A DNA stretch of 64,000 nucleotides from Archangium sp. (GTDB taxonomy: Bacteria; Myxococcota; Myxococcia; Myxococcales; Myxococcaceae), in NCBI GenBank assembly GCA_031367385.1, contig JANLPS010000117.1, positions 1 through 64,000 on the forward strand, read 5' to 3'. A model generated the notes under the pieces. The model made no database searches, had not been told where the DNA came from, and saw only the letters and a list, made by a program, of their open reading frames with translations. Positions 49,285 through 60,800 of the stretch are shown piece by piece. The translations under genes and the position numbers were made by a program. Numbering within the stretch: position 1 is the stretch's first letter; each line of letters starts with the position of its first letter.

Positions 49285-50382
49285 ATGGCTCTGGGGTCTC
49301 TCGTGGCAGTGGTCGCGGTGCTTTTCGCGGCCCCAAAACCGCCCGCCCGAACCATGACGCACCAGGCCTTACGCGATCAGTGCCTCGTCTGGGCCGCCGA
49401 CCCCACCAACCCCTGGGCGATGGCGCATGGCATGACCGGGCTTGGCTCGAACTACCTCGCCGCTGATGGCCGCAAGGCTTCTGAGGTGATGATTCACGAT
49501 TTTTTGCTGCGCAACAGCGACCCCGCCGCGGGGGGCAGCCCCTTCGGCTTCGCCAAGTACGCTGCAGATCACACGCCGATCGAACCGCACCCGAACCTGA
49601 TCGCCAAAACCCTGGTGATGACCGGAGTACCGCTGAGCACCAAGTACCCAACCGCCTGGGGCACCATCACGCTCGAGCAGCTGGTCGACAGCGTGAAGCG
49701 CGGGTACCGCCACGTACCGGCCAGCGACCAATATTGGCGCGACGTCGCGTGGACCCTCGACGTGCTCACCCACACCACCAAGCCCGGTGGCACCATCGTG
49801 ACTGACGCAGGCCCGGTGCTCATCGACGCGGTGATGGACGATGCGCTGTTCGCCCTCGAGGCCGCGACCGCCGAGCTCAAGGCCGGCATGCTCAAAGGGT
49901 TGCCCCAGGTCGAGAAGCGCAAACAGGGCCTGTACGCGCACCCGTGCGGCGGGCTCCACTTCGTGCAAGCCGTTTTGAGCTGGGCCAGCCACCCCGAGGT
50001 GCGCAAGCGCTGGGGCACGCGGGTCGATGATCAAATTGCGATTCTGCTTTACCGGCTCACCTCGGAGGCCCGCCAGTACGACGCCGCCCTCTCGCAAATG
50101 CCGCAGTACACGCTCGAGCTGCTCACCCAACAGGTGAAGTTCTACGGGCACTTTCTCGAGACGACCGCCCGTCTGAAGAGCGACCTCGGGTGGAAACCCA
50201 ACGTCGGAGAGCAGCGGCAGATCGCCGTGGCCAAGGCGTACCTCGACTCGACGGTTCGAGCGCTGCAAGAGGCCAAGGCCTTCGAGACGATGGCCGCGAT
50301 CAAGACTACGAAGCCTCAGGTGTTTCTCGATTTGATAGGTGACTCCTGTCACGCAACGCACGGATTGGATGGCTGGCAATGA
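49285..50382 (+). CDS. Secreted hypothetical protein
   Basis: Hydrophobic N-terminus; strong coding bias; ATGA coupling to the next gene. Confidence 0.65.
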   Translation: MALGSLVAVVAVLFAAPKPPARTMTHQALRDQCLVWAADPTNPWAMAHGMTGLGSNYLAADGRKASEVMIHDFLLRNSDPAAGGSPFGFAKYAADHTPIEPHPNLIAKTLVMTGVPLSTKYPTAWGTITLEQLVDSVKRGYRHVPASDQYWRDVAWTLDVLTHTTKPGGTIVTDAGPVLIDAVMDDALFALEAATAELKAGMLKGLPQVEKRKQGLYAHPCGGLHFVQAVLSWASHPEVRKRWGTRVDDQIAILLYRLTSEARQYDAALSQMPQYTLELLTQQVKFYGHFLETTARLKSDLGWKPNVGEQRQIAVAKAYLDSTVRALQEAKAFETMAAIKTTKPQVFLDLIGDSCHATHGLDGWQ

Positions 50383-53315
50383 TTCGATGGGTTTCGGTGG
50401 GCTTGAGCGCGCTGCTGCTGTGCTTCACCACCAGCTGCACCAAGAACAGCTGTCTGGGTGGGCAAGAGACGTGCACCGTCGCTCCGCCCTGCCCCAAGGT
50501 GAGCTTCACCTGCGACGCCGCGAACGCCGACGCGCTCTCGGTCATCACCATCACCGACGGCAGCCAACGCCCCGGTGGCTGGGCGGCGATTGGCGCGAAG
50601 GGTGACATCAAGCTGAGCAATGCCTTCACCGAAGTGGTGCTCGCGGGCATCGGCACGCAGAACTACCTCGACCCGAACGGCGGCTCGATTCTCGATCTGG
50701 TGCCCGCTGGCTCGAAGACCGACGCGGTGAACAACATCTTGCAGGTCGTCGGCATCTTGCCGGGCGACTCGGTGCACTACACCAGCATGCGAATCATCGA
50801 CGAGCGACCGGCGCGCGTCGCCGTGCAGTTTCGCGGCACCCTCGATGGCCGACCCGGCGTGCAGGCGTACACGCGGTACGAGCTGACTCCGTGCGATCAC
50901 GGCGTTCGCGTTCGAACCGAGATGGTCAACGGCACCCTCGACACCGAGCTGTGGGCGATGGTCGATGGGTATTACTGGTCGGGCCGTGAAGCCCTGCCCT
51001 TCACCCCGGGGCCGGGCAGCGGGTTCACCCACGCCTCGTTCGGGTTGACCACGATTAACGACGCGTTCGTCACCTTCCCCTTTCTCGCGGCGGCTGGGCA
51101 GAGCAATGACGACCAGGTCTCGGCCATCGCGACCGCGAGCTGCACCGAAGAGAGCCTCGAGGGCTTCAACAGCGACCAGATCTCGGCTGCCGGCATGAAG
51201 CGAAAGATCGTGCCGCCTCGCGGGTCTGAGGTGTTCGAGCGCTTCATCGCCGTCGCCGACTCGCAGGGCATCTCAGGGGCAGTCGACATCGCGCTCGAGG
51301 TGCGCAAACAGGTCTTGGGCGAGAGCTATGGCACGCTCACGGGCAAAATCGAGGGCGCCAACCGCGCCGGAGGCACGCACGCCGTCAGCGTGCTGATTGG
51401 CCAAGGCGCGTCACCCGAATCGCGCACCCCGTGGTCGCAGGTGGTGCCCGACGCGACGGGCGCGTTCAGCGTCAAGGTGCCCGAGGGCAAGGCGTACGTG
51501 GTCGAGGTGCACCAATTCGGTCGTAAGCAACTCGAGGTCGCTGTGCCTGAGCTGCACGGCACCGCCGATACAGGCACTTTGACGTTGCCGGCCAGCGTCA
51601 CCGCCACGTTCACCGTCAAAGACGTCGACACCATGCAGCCGCTCGACGCGGAGCTGTTCTTGATCCCCTCCACCGACGCCGCGCAGGCCGCGTTGGCAGG
51701 TACTTTTCATGGCCGCTTCGCGAACTGCACGCCGTGGTTGGGCAAACCACCCGGCGCTTCGCCTGCCTGCAACCGAATCTTGGTTCACGGCGGAGTCGCC
51801 ACCGCCCAAGTGCCCATCGGCAACTACTTCATCTACGCGTTTCACGGCCCGTTCTGGTCATTGGGCATGCAGTCGGTGCTGGTCGAGGGCACTCCGGTCG
51901 CATTTCTGCTCAAAGACCTGAAGCTCAAGCCCGCGGGCACCTTCAGCGCCGACTTTCACGTGCATGGCGCGGCCAGCTTCGACTCTTCGATACCCGACTT
52001 CGATCGCGTGCTCTCATTCGGCGCCAGCGACCTCGATGTGATCGTCGCGACCGACCATGACGTCGTCTACGACTACAAGAAGATCGTCGACGCCCTCGGC
52101 TACTCGTCGCACATGAGCGCGGTCACCGGAGTCGAGACCACCGGGCACATCCCGTTTCTCTACATTCCCAATTACGGGTTCCCGCTGGTCATCGGGCACT
52201 ACAACTTCTGGCCACTGGCCTACCAACCCACCCTGCCCCGCAACGGCGCGATGTACGACGAGCTGATCGAGCCGGGCACGCTCTTCACCCGCGCGAATGC
52301 ATTGTTCACCGGGCTGCCGCTCATCGAGCTCAACCACCCCTGGGCCGACCCGGAGTTCGGGCGTGACCTTGGTTTCCCCCGCGCGCTGTCACTCGACATG
52401 CGAAAAGATCTGCCCAGCAGTGACGACGGCACCTCGGGCGGCATGTTCGTGCGCACGCCGCCCAACGCGAGCTTCACCAACGACGGCCATCACGCGCAGG
52501 AAGTCATCAACGGCAGCGATAACTCGCTGCACCTGCAGTACCGCGCGTTCTGGTTCTACATGCTCAATCAGGGCCGCATCAAAACGGGCACCGCGAACTC
52601 AGACTCGCACTCGCTGACCGACAATACCGTCGGCATGCCGCGCAACATCGTCTATGCGGCAACGACTCCGGGGCCGGGCTTCGATGTGAACGTGATGAAC
52701 CGTGCGGTTCGCGACGGGCGCTCTTTCGGCACCAACGGCCCGATTCTCGAGGTCACCGTCGATGACACTCCGTACTCGCTCACGCCCTTCGCGCCGAAGA
52801 GCAACTCCATGGTGAAGGTGAAGGTGCGCTCGGCGCCCTGGGTGCCGGTCGAAGAAGTGCGCTTCATCGTCAACGGCCAGGTGGTGAAGACCGTCTCTGG
52901 CTTGCCAGCGCCGGCCGACCCGTTCGCGACTGACGGTGATTTCACCCGCTACAGTGGCGAAGTGGCGTTGAGCGATCTGCTGCTCGGCGTCAGCGGCGAT
53001 GCCTGGCTGGTGGTCGAAGCGGGGCGGGCCTTGATGCTCGCCGGAGACCTCGGCGGCGGGCTCAACAACACCAAAGACGGCATCCCCGACACCACTGACA
53101 ACAATGGCGACGGCAAGGTCGACTCGAGTGACCTGGGGAGCGGGCTGAAGATAGGGCCGCTCAGCGCGCCTCCATCACCCAAGGTGAATGAGACCGGGTA
53201 CGCGTTTTACAACATCACGCTGGGCACTCCGCAGGCGTTCACCAACCCGTTCTTGCTCGATCGCAACGGAGACGGCATCTTCAATGCCCCGACCGTGACG
53301 GGAGGTCGCCAATGA
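50379..53315 (+). CDS. CehA/McbA-like PHP-domain metallohydrolase lipoprotein
   Basis: TTSC lipobox; ADFHVH, TDHD, GHYN, NHP, NSDSH, TNGP motifs. Confidence 0.75.
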   Translation: MIRWVSVGLSALLLCFTTSCTKNSCLGGQETCTVAPPCPKVSFTCDAANADALSVITITDGSQRPGGWAAIGAKGDIKLSNAFTEVVLAGIGTQNYLDPNGGSILDLVPAGSKTDAVNNILQVVGILPGDSVHYTSMRIIDERPARVAVQFRGTLDGRPGVQAYTRYELTPCDHGVRVRTEMVNGTLDTELWAMVDGYYWSGREALPFTPGPGSGFTHASFGLTTINDAFVTFPFLAAAGQSNDDQVSAIATASCTEESLEGFNSDQISAAGMKRKIVPPRGSEVFERFIAVADSQGISGAVDIALEVRKQVLGESYGTLTGKIEGANRAGGTHAVSVLIGQGASPESRTPWSQVVPDATGAFSVKVPEGKAYVVEVHQFGRKQLEVAVPELHGTADTGTLTLPASVTATFTVKDVDTMQPLDAELFLIPSTDAAQAALAGTFHGRFANCTPWLGKPPGASPACNRILVHGGVATAQVPIGNYFIYAFHGPFWSLGMQSVLVEGTPVAFLLKDLKLKPAGTFSADFHVHGAASFDSSIPDFDRVLSFGASDLDVIVATDHDVVYDYKKIVDALGYSSHMSAVTGVETTGHIPFLYIPNYGFPLVIGHYNFWPLAYQPTLPRNGAMYDELIEPGTLFTRANALFTGLPLIELNHPWADPEFGRDLGFPRALSLDMRKDLPSSDDGTSGGMFVRTPPNASFTNDGHHAQEVINGSDNSLHLQYRAFWFYMLNQGRIKTGTANSDSHSLTDNTVGMPRNIVYAATTPGPGFDVNVMNRAVRDGRSFGTNGPILEVTVDDTPYSLTPFAPKSNSMVKVKVRSAPWVPVEEVRFIVNGQVVKTVSGLPAPADPFATDGDFTRYSGEVALSDLLLGVSGDAWLVVEAGRALMLAGDLGGGLNNTKDGIPDTTDNNGDGKVDSSDLGSGLKIGPLSAPPSPKVNETGYAFYNITLGTPQAFTNPFLLDRNGDGIFNAPTVTGGRQ

Positions 53316-54163
53316 TTCGCGCCTGTCTCGCTCTCGGCCTCACCCTCGCTTCGCTCGCCGCCGCCGACGAGCCGTTTTCACCCTGCAGCACCCAGGTCAC
53401 CGACCCGTTCTTCGGCGACTCGACGCAGCGAGATGACCTCGCGCTGCCAGACGGGCCCATCGCGGTCGGGTACTTCGAGGCCGACATGGCCACCGGCCGC
53501 CGAACCTGCCCTCGCACCGAGGTCGGCATCGGCGGGCGCTTCGGGGCGATCATCGACACTCCGAATTTCTACGGCAACCTGGGCATCAACGGCGTGCTGT
53601 TCGGCTCGTATGCGGTGAACGAGAAGACCGAGCTGTTCGCGACGCTCGAAGCGGTCAGCTTCGACTACGCGGTGAACGCGTCGCTCTCGAAGACCGGGCT
53701 CACGTTGGGCAACCTGACGGCTGGCGTGACTCGCGTCATTTACACCCGCCAGACCTTCGCGGCCTCGTTCAGCGGGCGGCTGTTGCTGCCGACCTCGTTC
53801 GAGATACCCGGCGCGCGGCTCATCGGCGCCGAATTGGGGCACGTCGATACCTTCACGCCTCGCTCATGGCTCGAGATTCACACCGCGGTGGCGGTCGATT
53901 TCACCGCGGCGATCACCGCGGCGCAGTCGTTTCCCCGGTTCGGGGGCACGTTGGTGGCGGGCCTCGAGCTCAAGCCCACCTCGTGGTTCGCTTTCGTTGT
54001 CGATGCGAGCGGGCACATCGGAGCGCGCAGCTATCTTGCTCCGAGCGCGGCGCTGCGGTTTCGCGTGGCGTCATTGGGCATCGAGCTGGGCGGTACCTTG
54101 CCGGTGTACGGCAATGACCGGCACGACTTCATTTTCGCCGGGCGCTTCTCGTGGCGGCTGTGA
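53312..54163 (+). CDS. Probable outer-membrane beta-barrel protein
   Basis: Signal peptide; amphipathic strands; LGN...G, LLPT; C-terminal RFSWRL. Confidence 0.6.
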   Translation: MIRACLALGLTLASLAAADEPFSPCSTQVTDPFFGDSTQRDDLALPDGPIAVGYFEADMATGRRTCPRTEVGIGGRFGAIIDTPNFYGNLGINGVLFGSYAVNEKTELFATLEAVSFDYAVNASLSKTGLTLGNLTAGVTRVIYTRQTFAASFSGRLLLPTSFEIPGARLIGAELGHVDTFTPRSWLEIHTAVAVDFTAAITAAQSFPRFGGTLVAGLELKPTSWFAFVVDASGHIGARSYLAPSAALRFRVASLGIELGGTLPVYGNDRHDFIFAGRFSWRL

Positions 54164-54266
54164 GCGAGTTTCCTCTCGGGGTTTGAGAAACTGAGACGGT
54201 TTTCTAGAGTGAAAATCGCGTTCGCACCCCTGCTCGGCCGAGGGAGATTCGGGTAGGGTACCCGCC

Positions 54267-57200
54267 GTGACTGTTCGCAAAACCGCCCCCGCTCCCGCAG
54301 CAAGCTCGGCCTCTGAGACCTCGAACGCGAAAGCGACGGGTGGTCAGACGTACCGAATCATCAAAGACGACTCGCTCAGCAAGATCGCGCTCGAGGCCTA
54401 CGGCAACGCGTCGATGTGGCCGGCGATCAAGGCATTCAATGAGAAAAAGGTCGGTAAGAACGAGCTGATTCTCACCGGTGACACCCTGCGCCTGCCGACC
54501 GCGGCTGAAGCCAAAGAGATCATGGCGCAGCTGCACCAGGGCCAAAAGGCGGCAGGCAAGCCTGAGACCTGGGGCAAGCAGAGCGGCAAGCCTCCCGCGG
54601 GCTTCACGCCTCAGGGTGCTGGCGCTCCGGCAGCGGCGCGGGCGGGTGCAGCCGAAGCTCCGGCCGCAGCCGCTGCTGGCCCGGCCGACTCGATGAAACC
54701 GGCCGCCGCTGGCGCCGCCGCGGCTGCTGCTGAGCCTGTCGCGGGCATCGGCGTCGACAACCCAGATGTGTCAACCGGGCTCTACAAGCCGCCAGCCGGC
54801 ACCACGCCCCGCAAGCTCGTCTCAGAGGCGTTCGGTATTCGGCCCGAAGAAGTCAGCCCCTTGCATGTGGCGTCGCTGAGTCAGACCAACCCCAAGCTCA
54901 AGTTCGACAAGCTCGACGAGGCCATCGGCCCTGGTGCGGTGGTGCAGATGATCGGCACTCCGCAGTTGGCCCGTATGCAGGTCGCCGACAATGTGCTGCA
55001 GCGAAAGAACATTCAGAACCTGCTCGCCGAAGACGCGGCCGCCCCCGAGGGCACCGAAGGCAAATTGACCCCTGAGGGTCGCGCCGACGCCACCGAAGAC
55101 CTCAAGAAGCTGACCGAGCAAGCCCCCCAGCTGCAAGCGGCCAACAAACGCTCAGAGTTCGTTGGGCAAATCGGCGCGATGCAGTCACGAATCACTGAAG
55201 AACCCAGCGCCGAGAACATCAAGAAGGCCTACGCCCCGTTCATCGCCCAGGCCGCCAAAGAGATGCCTGAGCTGTTGCCGCTGGTGAAGGTCTCGCAGCG
55301 TGCTTCGTACGAGCAGGCCGGCAAGAACGCGGCGGCCAAGTCAGACGCCGCCGGCTACCGAGCGAACCTGGTCGCCGTCAAAGAGCTGCTGACTGAAGAG
55401 ATCAACGCAGAGAAGGCGCCGCTCAAGAAGGCTGACCTGATTCGCGCCCGCGCGCAGAACACCCTGACGCAGATGGCGATCGCGTCAGATGAACCGAAGC
55501 TGACCGCGTACTTGAAGGGCACCCCGCATAACGTCACCAAAGACAAACCGTTGCCTGCCGAGATCACCGCCGCCACCAAAGAGGTCGAAGCCAAGATCAC
55601 CGCGCTGACCGCCGAGGCCAACGGCGACCTGAAGGCCGTCGTTGAGATCGCCCGCTCGGCGGCGGCAGCGGCCACCGACCCGGCGATCAAGGCCAACCTG
55701 ACCAAGGCGGCCGAGGCCAATGAAGCGCTGGTCAAAGACGCTCAGGCCAGCTCGTACCTTGGCATCGCCCAGATGCACCAGTCGCTGAAGAACCCGGCCG
55801 GCATGACCGCTGCGTGGCAGCAAGCGCTCAACTTTCGACTGGGCCTCGACCCCAAGACCCCGACGCTCACCCCGAGCGTCACCGAGACCATCGGCTCCGA
55901 CGAGAAGAAGGCCTGGTACTTCGGTACCGACGTGCAGCGCCTCTCGCCCGCTCAGCTCAAGACCGTCACCGACAAGCTCGCCACGCTCTCGAAAGAAGAC
56001 CGCGAGGCCGCGCTGGCGACAATCGATCGCTACTCGGCTGAATCTGCCGCTACCCAGACCCACAGCGGTGTGAGCGTCTCGTCGCAAATCATGCACGAGA
56101 TAGCCAAGACCGACCCGGCGTGGGCGCAGAAGGCCACGCTGCTCGAGGCCGGCGTGGCGATGAACGTCGGTGCGATCAAGCACGCCGAGTCGATGTACGA
56201 AGCGCTGCGCAAGCACGCCAACGGCCCCGATGCGGCCGCCATTCAGCAGCTGGCGCTGATGGGTCAGACCTCGGCGCTGGTGCGGCTCTCGCAAGAGGGC
56301 GACGCCAGCCTTCGTAACGGGCCCACCGAGAAGGAGGCCTCGGCGCAGAAGCTGACCGCCTTGCGTTCGGAGCTCGAAGCGAGCCTGAAGGCCTTCAAGC
56401 CGGGGGCGAAGGGCACGGCACCGGCAGAGGCCGGGGCAATCGCCGACGTCAACGCGAGCGAGATCGAGGCGTTGTTGGCATCGGGCCAGTCGGAGAAAGC
56501 CGAGGAGGCCCTCGCCCACCTGAAGGCGACATACGGCGAGCTGCCACAGATCAAGGCCGCCGTGAGCAAGATGGAGAAAGAGTACCGCCAGAACGGAGCC
56601 GTGGCGTTCTTGAAGGCGCTGGGCGCTGAGGGCATGAACACCTCCGGTACCGACATGGCTATTGCTGCAGGCGTCGGCGCGGGAGTCGGCGCGGCCGCCA
56701 CGATTGCTTTCTGGGCCGGCATGGGCACGCTCATCCCCATTCCCGGGGTTGGCACGTTGAGCGGCGCGGCCTTGGGTGGCGTCTTGTACGGCCTCGGAGC
56801 GCTTGGCGCCGTCACAGTTGGTAAGTCACTCGCTGGTGGTCACGCCTGGCAGGCGGGCCGCACCGGGTTGAGCAGCGTAGGCACCGCCGAAGCGTTGCTC
56901 GGCGCCGCTGCCTCGGCCGGTAACTTCGTCGGCCTGGGCGCCGGTGGAGCGATGCTCACCAAGGTGGGCGGCAAGCTCGGCCTCGAGGCGGCCGCCAAGG
57001 GCGTCAAGGGCGGCGCTGACGTGGTGCGCGTGCTCGAGTCACGTGTCTCGCAGCTCGAGAGCGCCTCGCCGGGCATTTTCAATGGCCTGAGCGACGCGCA
57101 GAAGCTCGCCGAGGCGCAGAAGAGCCTGCAGCACGAGTTTCTCAACGCCGGGTTGGTCTTCGGCACCAAGACCCAGGGCGCCGCGATGGGCGTGCAGGTC

Positions 57201-57884
57201 TTGGGCATGGGCAAGCAGTGGTACGAGGTCGCTCACAGCGACTCACCCGAAGAAGAAAAGAATCGCCAGACGGCGCAGATTCACCAGCAAATCGCCACCG
57301 TCGTCGCTCAAGGCGCGATCATGGGCGGCGCGCTCGGCGGTTTGACCCGCGGCATCTACCGCGGCACTCCGGCTGAGATTCGCACCGCGCTCAAGTCTCG
57401 CGTGACCGACCCGCACACCTACAACCGCTCGGTGAAGATGGGCGAGGAGATCGTCTTCGACGTGAACGGTGCGATCAAAGGCACCAAGACCGGTGACGCC
57501 ACGCTCGCCACCGTCGGCACGGCCCCCACCGGCATCAAGATCACCGGGCAGAAGGTCGGCAACACCACCGTCGTCGCCAAGAAGTCGCTCTGGAGCAAAG
57601 AGCCGAACATCAAGGTCAACGTCACGGTCACGCCGACCGAGGTCGACACGCTCGACGCGAAGGGCCTGCTCGACGCGACCCGCTTCTTCATCGAGACCGC
57701 AAAGACCACCGCGCGCACCACCCGCACGGCGACTGACGGGCACTATGAGAAGGCGCTCACCGACGCCATCGACGCGAGAATCAAAGACGCGGCCGACCGG
57801 CCCATCCCCGGCACGCTGACCAAGCGGGAGTGGAAGGCGCTGCGCAAGGAGCTCGCGAAGGCGATCAAGCTCAATACTGAATGA
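54267..57884 (+). CDS. Large LysM-domain protein with helical body and glycine-zipper hydrophobic segments
   Basis: TYRIIKDDSLSKIALEAYGNASMWPAI..FN......LI..GDTLRLP (LysM); no signal peptide; GAGVGAAA...GVGTLSGAALGG. Confidence 0.75.
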   Translation: MTVRKTAPAPAASSASETSNAKATGGQTYRIIKDDSLSKIALEAYGNASMWPAIKAFNEKKVGKNELILTGDTLRLPTAAEAKEIMAQLHQGQKAAGKPETWGKQSGKPPAGFTPQGAGAPAAARAGAAEAPAAAAAGPADSMKPAAAGAAAAAAEPVAGIGVDNPDVSTGLYKPPAGTTPRKLVSEAFGIRPEEVSPLHVASLSQTNPKLKFDKLDEAIGPGAVVQMIGTPQLARMQVADNVLQRKNIQNLLAEDAAAPEGTEGKLTPEGRADATEDLKKLTEQAPQLQAANKRSEFVGQIGAMQSRITEEPSAENIKKAYAPFIAQAAKEMPELLPLVKVSQRASYEQAGKNAAAKSDAAGYRANLVAVKELLTEEINAEKAPLKKADLIRARAQNTLTQMAIASDEPKLTAYLKGTPHNVTKDKPLPAEITAATKEVEAKITALTAEANGDLKAVVEIARSAAAAATDPAIKANLTKAAEANEALVKDAQASSYLGIAQMHQSLKNPAGMTAAWQQALNFRLGLDPKTPTLTPSVTETIGSDEKKAWYFGTDVQRLSPAQLKTVTDKLATLSKEDREAALATIDRYSAESAATQTHSGVSVSSQIMHEIAKTDPAWAQKATLLEAGVAMNVGAIKHAESMYEALRKHANGPDAAAIQQLALMGQTSALVRLSQEGDASLRNGPTEKEASAQKLTALRSELEASLKAFKPGAKGTAPAEAGAIADVNASEIEALLASGQSEKAEEALAHLKATYGELPQIKAAVSKMEKEYRQNGAVAFLKALGAEGMNTSGTDMAIAAGVGAGVGAAATIAFWAGMGTLIPIPGVGTLSGAALGGVLYGLGALGAVTVGKSLAGGHAWQAGRTGLSSVGTAEALLGAAASAGNFVGLGAGGAMLTKVGGKLGLEAAAKGVKGGADVVRVLESRVSQLESASPGIFNGLSDAQKLAEAQKSLQHEFLNAGLVFGTKTQGAAMGVQVLGMGKQWYEVAHSDSPEEEKNRQTAQIHQQIATVVAQGAIMGGALGGLTRGIYRGTPAEIRTALKSRVTDPHTYNRSVKMGEEIVFDVNGAIKGTKTGDATLATVGTAPTGIKITGQKVGNTTVVAKKSLWSKEPNIKVNVTVTPTEVDTLDAKGLLDATRFFIETAKTTARTTRTATDGHYEKALTDAIDARIKDAADRPIPGTLTKREWKALRKELAKAIKLNTE

Positions 57885-60800
57885 TGTGAAGCCGCAGCTG
57901 TACCGAGTCGACCACGACCGTCGCCGCGCCATACCCATTCGGAGCGGTGGGCATCATCGCCAGCCGCACCGTGCCACCGGGTATGAGCCCGTAGCGGTTC
58001 AGGCTCCCGGTGGCCGCCACCGTCACCGTCTGAAAGCCATTCGCCCCCTGGTTGGTGTGGCCGATGACTGACCAGCGCCCGTCAGCCCACAACGCCAGGT
58101 CGGCTCCGGTCTGCGGCGTGCTTCCGATGAAGCCCTGGCCTCCGAAGCGGGCGGTGACTTCGGCGTCGGCGATGATCGCGGTCGCGTCGAAGCTGGCGTC
58201 GGCGAGCGGCAGTCGTACGGTCAAGGCGGGTCTGCCCGTGCGCTGCGGGTCGTAGATGAAGACGGTGCGGCCCTGGTCGCCCGAGGCGGTGATCGCGCCG
58301 GTGGTCGGGTCGAGGGCCGCGAAACAGTCGGTGGCCAAACCGCTCCAGGCCTCGCCGCCCTGCGAGACGTTGATGTGATCGACCCGGGCCCAGCTCTTGG
58401 TCGCGGCGTCGAAGCGAAACAGGTCTTGCGAGAGCGCGTAGCTTTGGTGACTGACCGGGTCTCGCACCAGACACGAGGGAAAATCGGGCTCTCCGTCACC
58501 TTGAGGGTCGGCGGTGACCTTTTGCCAGCTGCTCGAATCGCGCACCCAGGTGCCAGCAGGGTCGACCGCGACGACTCCGGTGTCGGTGGCCACCATGCCA
58601 GTCGGAGGAAATTGGCCGCTCGCCGCGAGCACCGGCCCGCTGGTGAGCCCGGTCGAGACCCAGCTCGTGCCCGACAGCTTGAATTCTTTGAAGACGGGCC
58701 CCGGCGGCTGGGTGGTGACGAAGATGAAGGTGTTGTCTGGCGGCGACCAGGCGAGCGCGTTGCGGCTGGTCGTGTTGAGCCCGGCTGGAGCGGTGACGCT
58801 CGACCACGACCCCGACGTGAAGCGGCTGACCGCGTTGCTCACGGTCGCGAGGGTGACGTCGGAGGTCTCATTCTGCGCGATGCTGCCGACGAGCGGGCCG
58901 ATTGCGGGCACGGGGTCGGTGAAGGCGACCCACTGCAAGCCGTTGAAGGAGATCGCCTCTGGGGTGGGCCCGGCCGCGACCGCTCCGCCGATGAGCTGCG
59001 GCTGCTTGAGGCCCGAGTTGTAGAACGAGAGCGGGTACACCCGGCGGCCGACCACCGTGTCGACGTACGGAGCTGAGAGGGACACGAGGCTGCCGCTGAG
59101 CGTGACCTCGAGAAACTGGCCGCCGATGGACAGCTGCAGGGTGCCGCTGGTCGGGTTGGCCACCATGCCGCAGGTGGGCGCGACGACGGGTATCGGAGTG
59201 CCGACCCACGCACCGCCCGTGAAGACCCAGATCTTGCCAGTCGGGTCGTAGACCACGGGCGAGCCGGTCTTGGGGTCGACGACCAGCTGACCCGCGGGCG
59301 CTGCGGCTGCGCTGAGCTGGCTGAAGACAGCACCGTTCCACTGCCAGAGGTGTTGGTCGGCGGTGATCAGCGCCACGCCGACGCCCGGCACCATCGCCGC
59401 CCTGGTCACACCGGCGACGGGCAGCGTGCCCGTGAGGGTGACGCGAACCCACTGGTCGTCACCGAAGCGCCAGACCTCGAAGGGGCGAGCGCTGGTGCCT
59501 CCGAAGCTCAGCAGCGCGCGGGCGATTGGGTCGAAGGCGATCGCTGAGTCGCTGGCAGGCCGCTGCGCCACGTTCGGCGTCGAGAATCGCGAGGCCCACG
59601 ACGTGCCCGTCCACCGGTAGCCGACGCGCTCGGGGCTGAAGGCCCAGGTGCCGAGCTCGAAGCCGTCGATGACCGGCGCATCGAGCGGCGCGGTGCCATC
59701 GCCCTCGGGGTCGGTCACGTTTTGCCGCGACCAGCGGGTGCCGTCCCACACGTCGACGGTCTGGGCGTTCGACGAGGGGTCGACCGCGATCAAGCGACCC
59801 TCTTCTGACCAGCTGCCGAGCGCGCTGCATGAGCCGAAGGCGTGCTGGCCAACCTCAGAAGCTTTGACCCACGAGCCCGCGCCCACCACGAGCACACCGG
59901 CGTCATCGCTCGAGGCGAGCAGCGGGGCATCAGCGCGGGGCCATTCGACGCGAAAGAACGCGCCCTCGAGCCGCGCTTCGGCGTTGACCGCGAAGGGGTC
60001 GGCGCCCGTCGGCACCAGCCACTCGTGGTGGCGCACTTTCACCGCGGTCGAGACATTGCCCGCGGGGTCGATCAGGTCGACCCAGGGCGCGGCGACGTCG
60101 GTCTGCGCGACTTCGAGCTCGGCAAAGCTGCCGTTGGGCATCGTGGTGAACCGAGCGATTTCTCCGACGCCCGGCCCCAGCGCAAAGACCCGCACGACGC
60201 CTGGCTCGGGCACCGCGCCGGGCTTGCCCCGAATGCGGCTCGAGGGCACCCCCTTGGTCTCTGCCGAGCCGAAGGGTATGCGGCGAAAGAGCAGCTCGGG
60301 CCCGGTCGAGGGCGGGGCGGGCTTGATGGTGTCGATGACGAGCCCCGGGGGCGGGAGCAGCAAGCTCAGCACGGCCTTGTTGCCGACCAGATCTTCGGCG
60401 GTCACCGTCACCGCTGCTGCGCCTTGTTGGGGAGCGCTCGGCGGCACCACGCTGCTGAAGAGCCACGCGGTGCCGGTGTTGAGCGTCTTCTTGAAGGTCA
60501 GGCCCGTCGCCTCGACTTTGGGCACCAGACTCGTTTCGGAGAGCACGAAGAGCACCTCGGCCTTCGCGCCCGGGCCCGCGTGAATCGGGTGCTGGAGCGG
60601 GTTGTCGGCCGAAGGCGTGAGCACCACCGAGGTCGAGTCGTCGAACACCGAGGGCGCGGTGAAGTCGTACGTGACCGAGGCCCGTCGCTCGGTCAGGTTG
60701 CCGGCCTCGTCTTGCGCCTGCACCAAGATGCCGCGCACGCCCTCGGCCTCGCTCGAGCTGGGAGAATACGTACAGTTGTACGCCCCGGCCTGCGTGGTGC

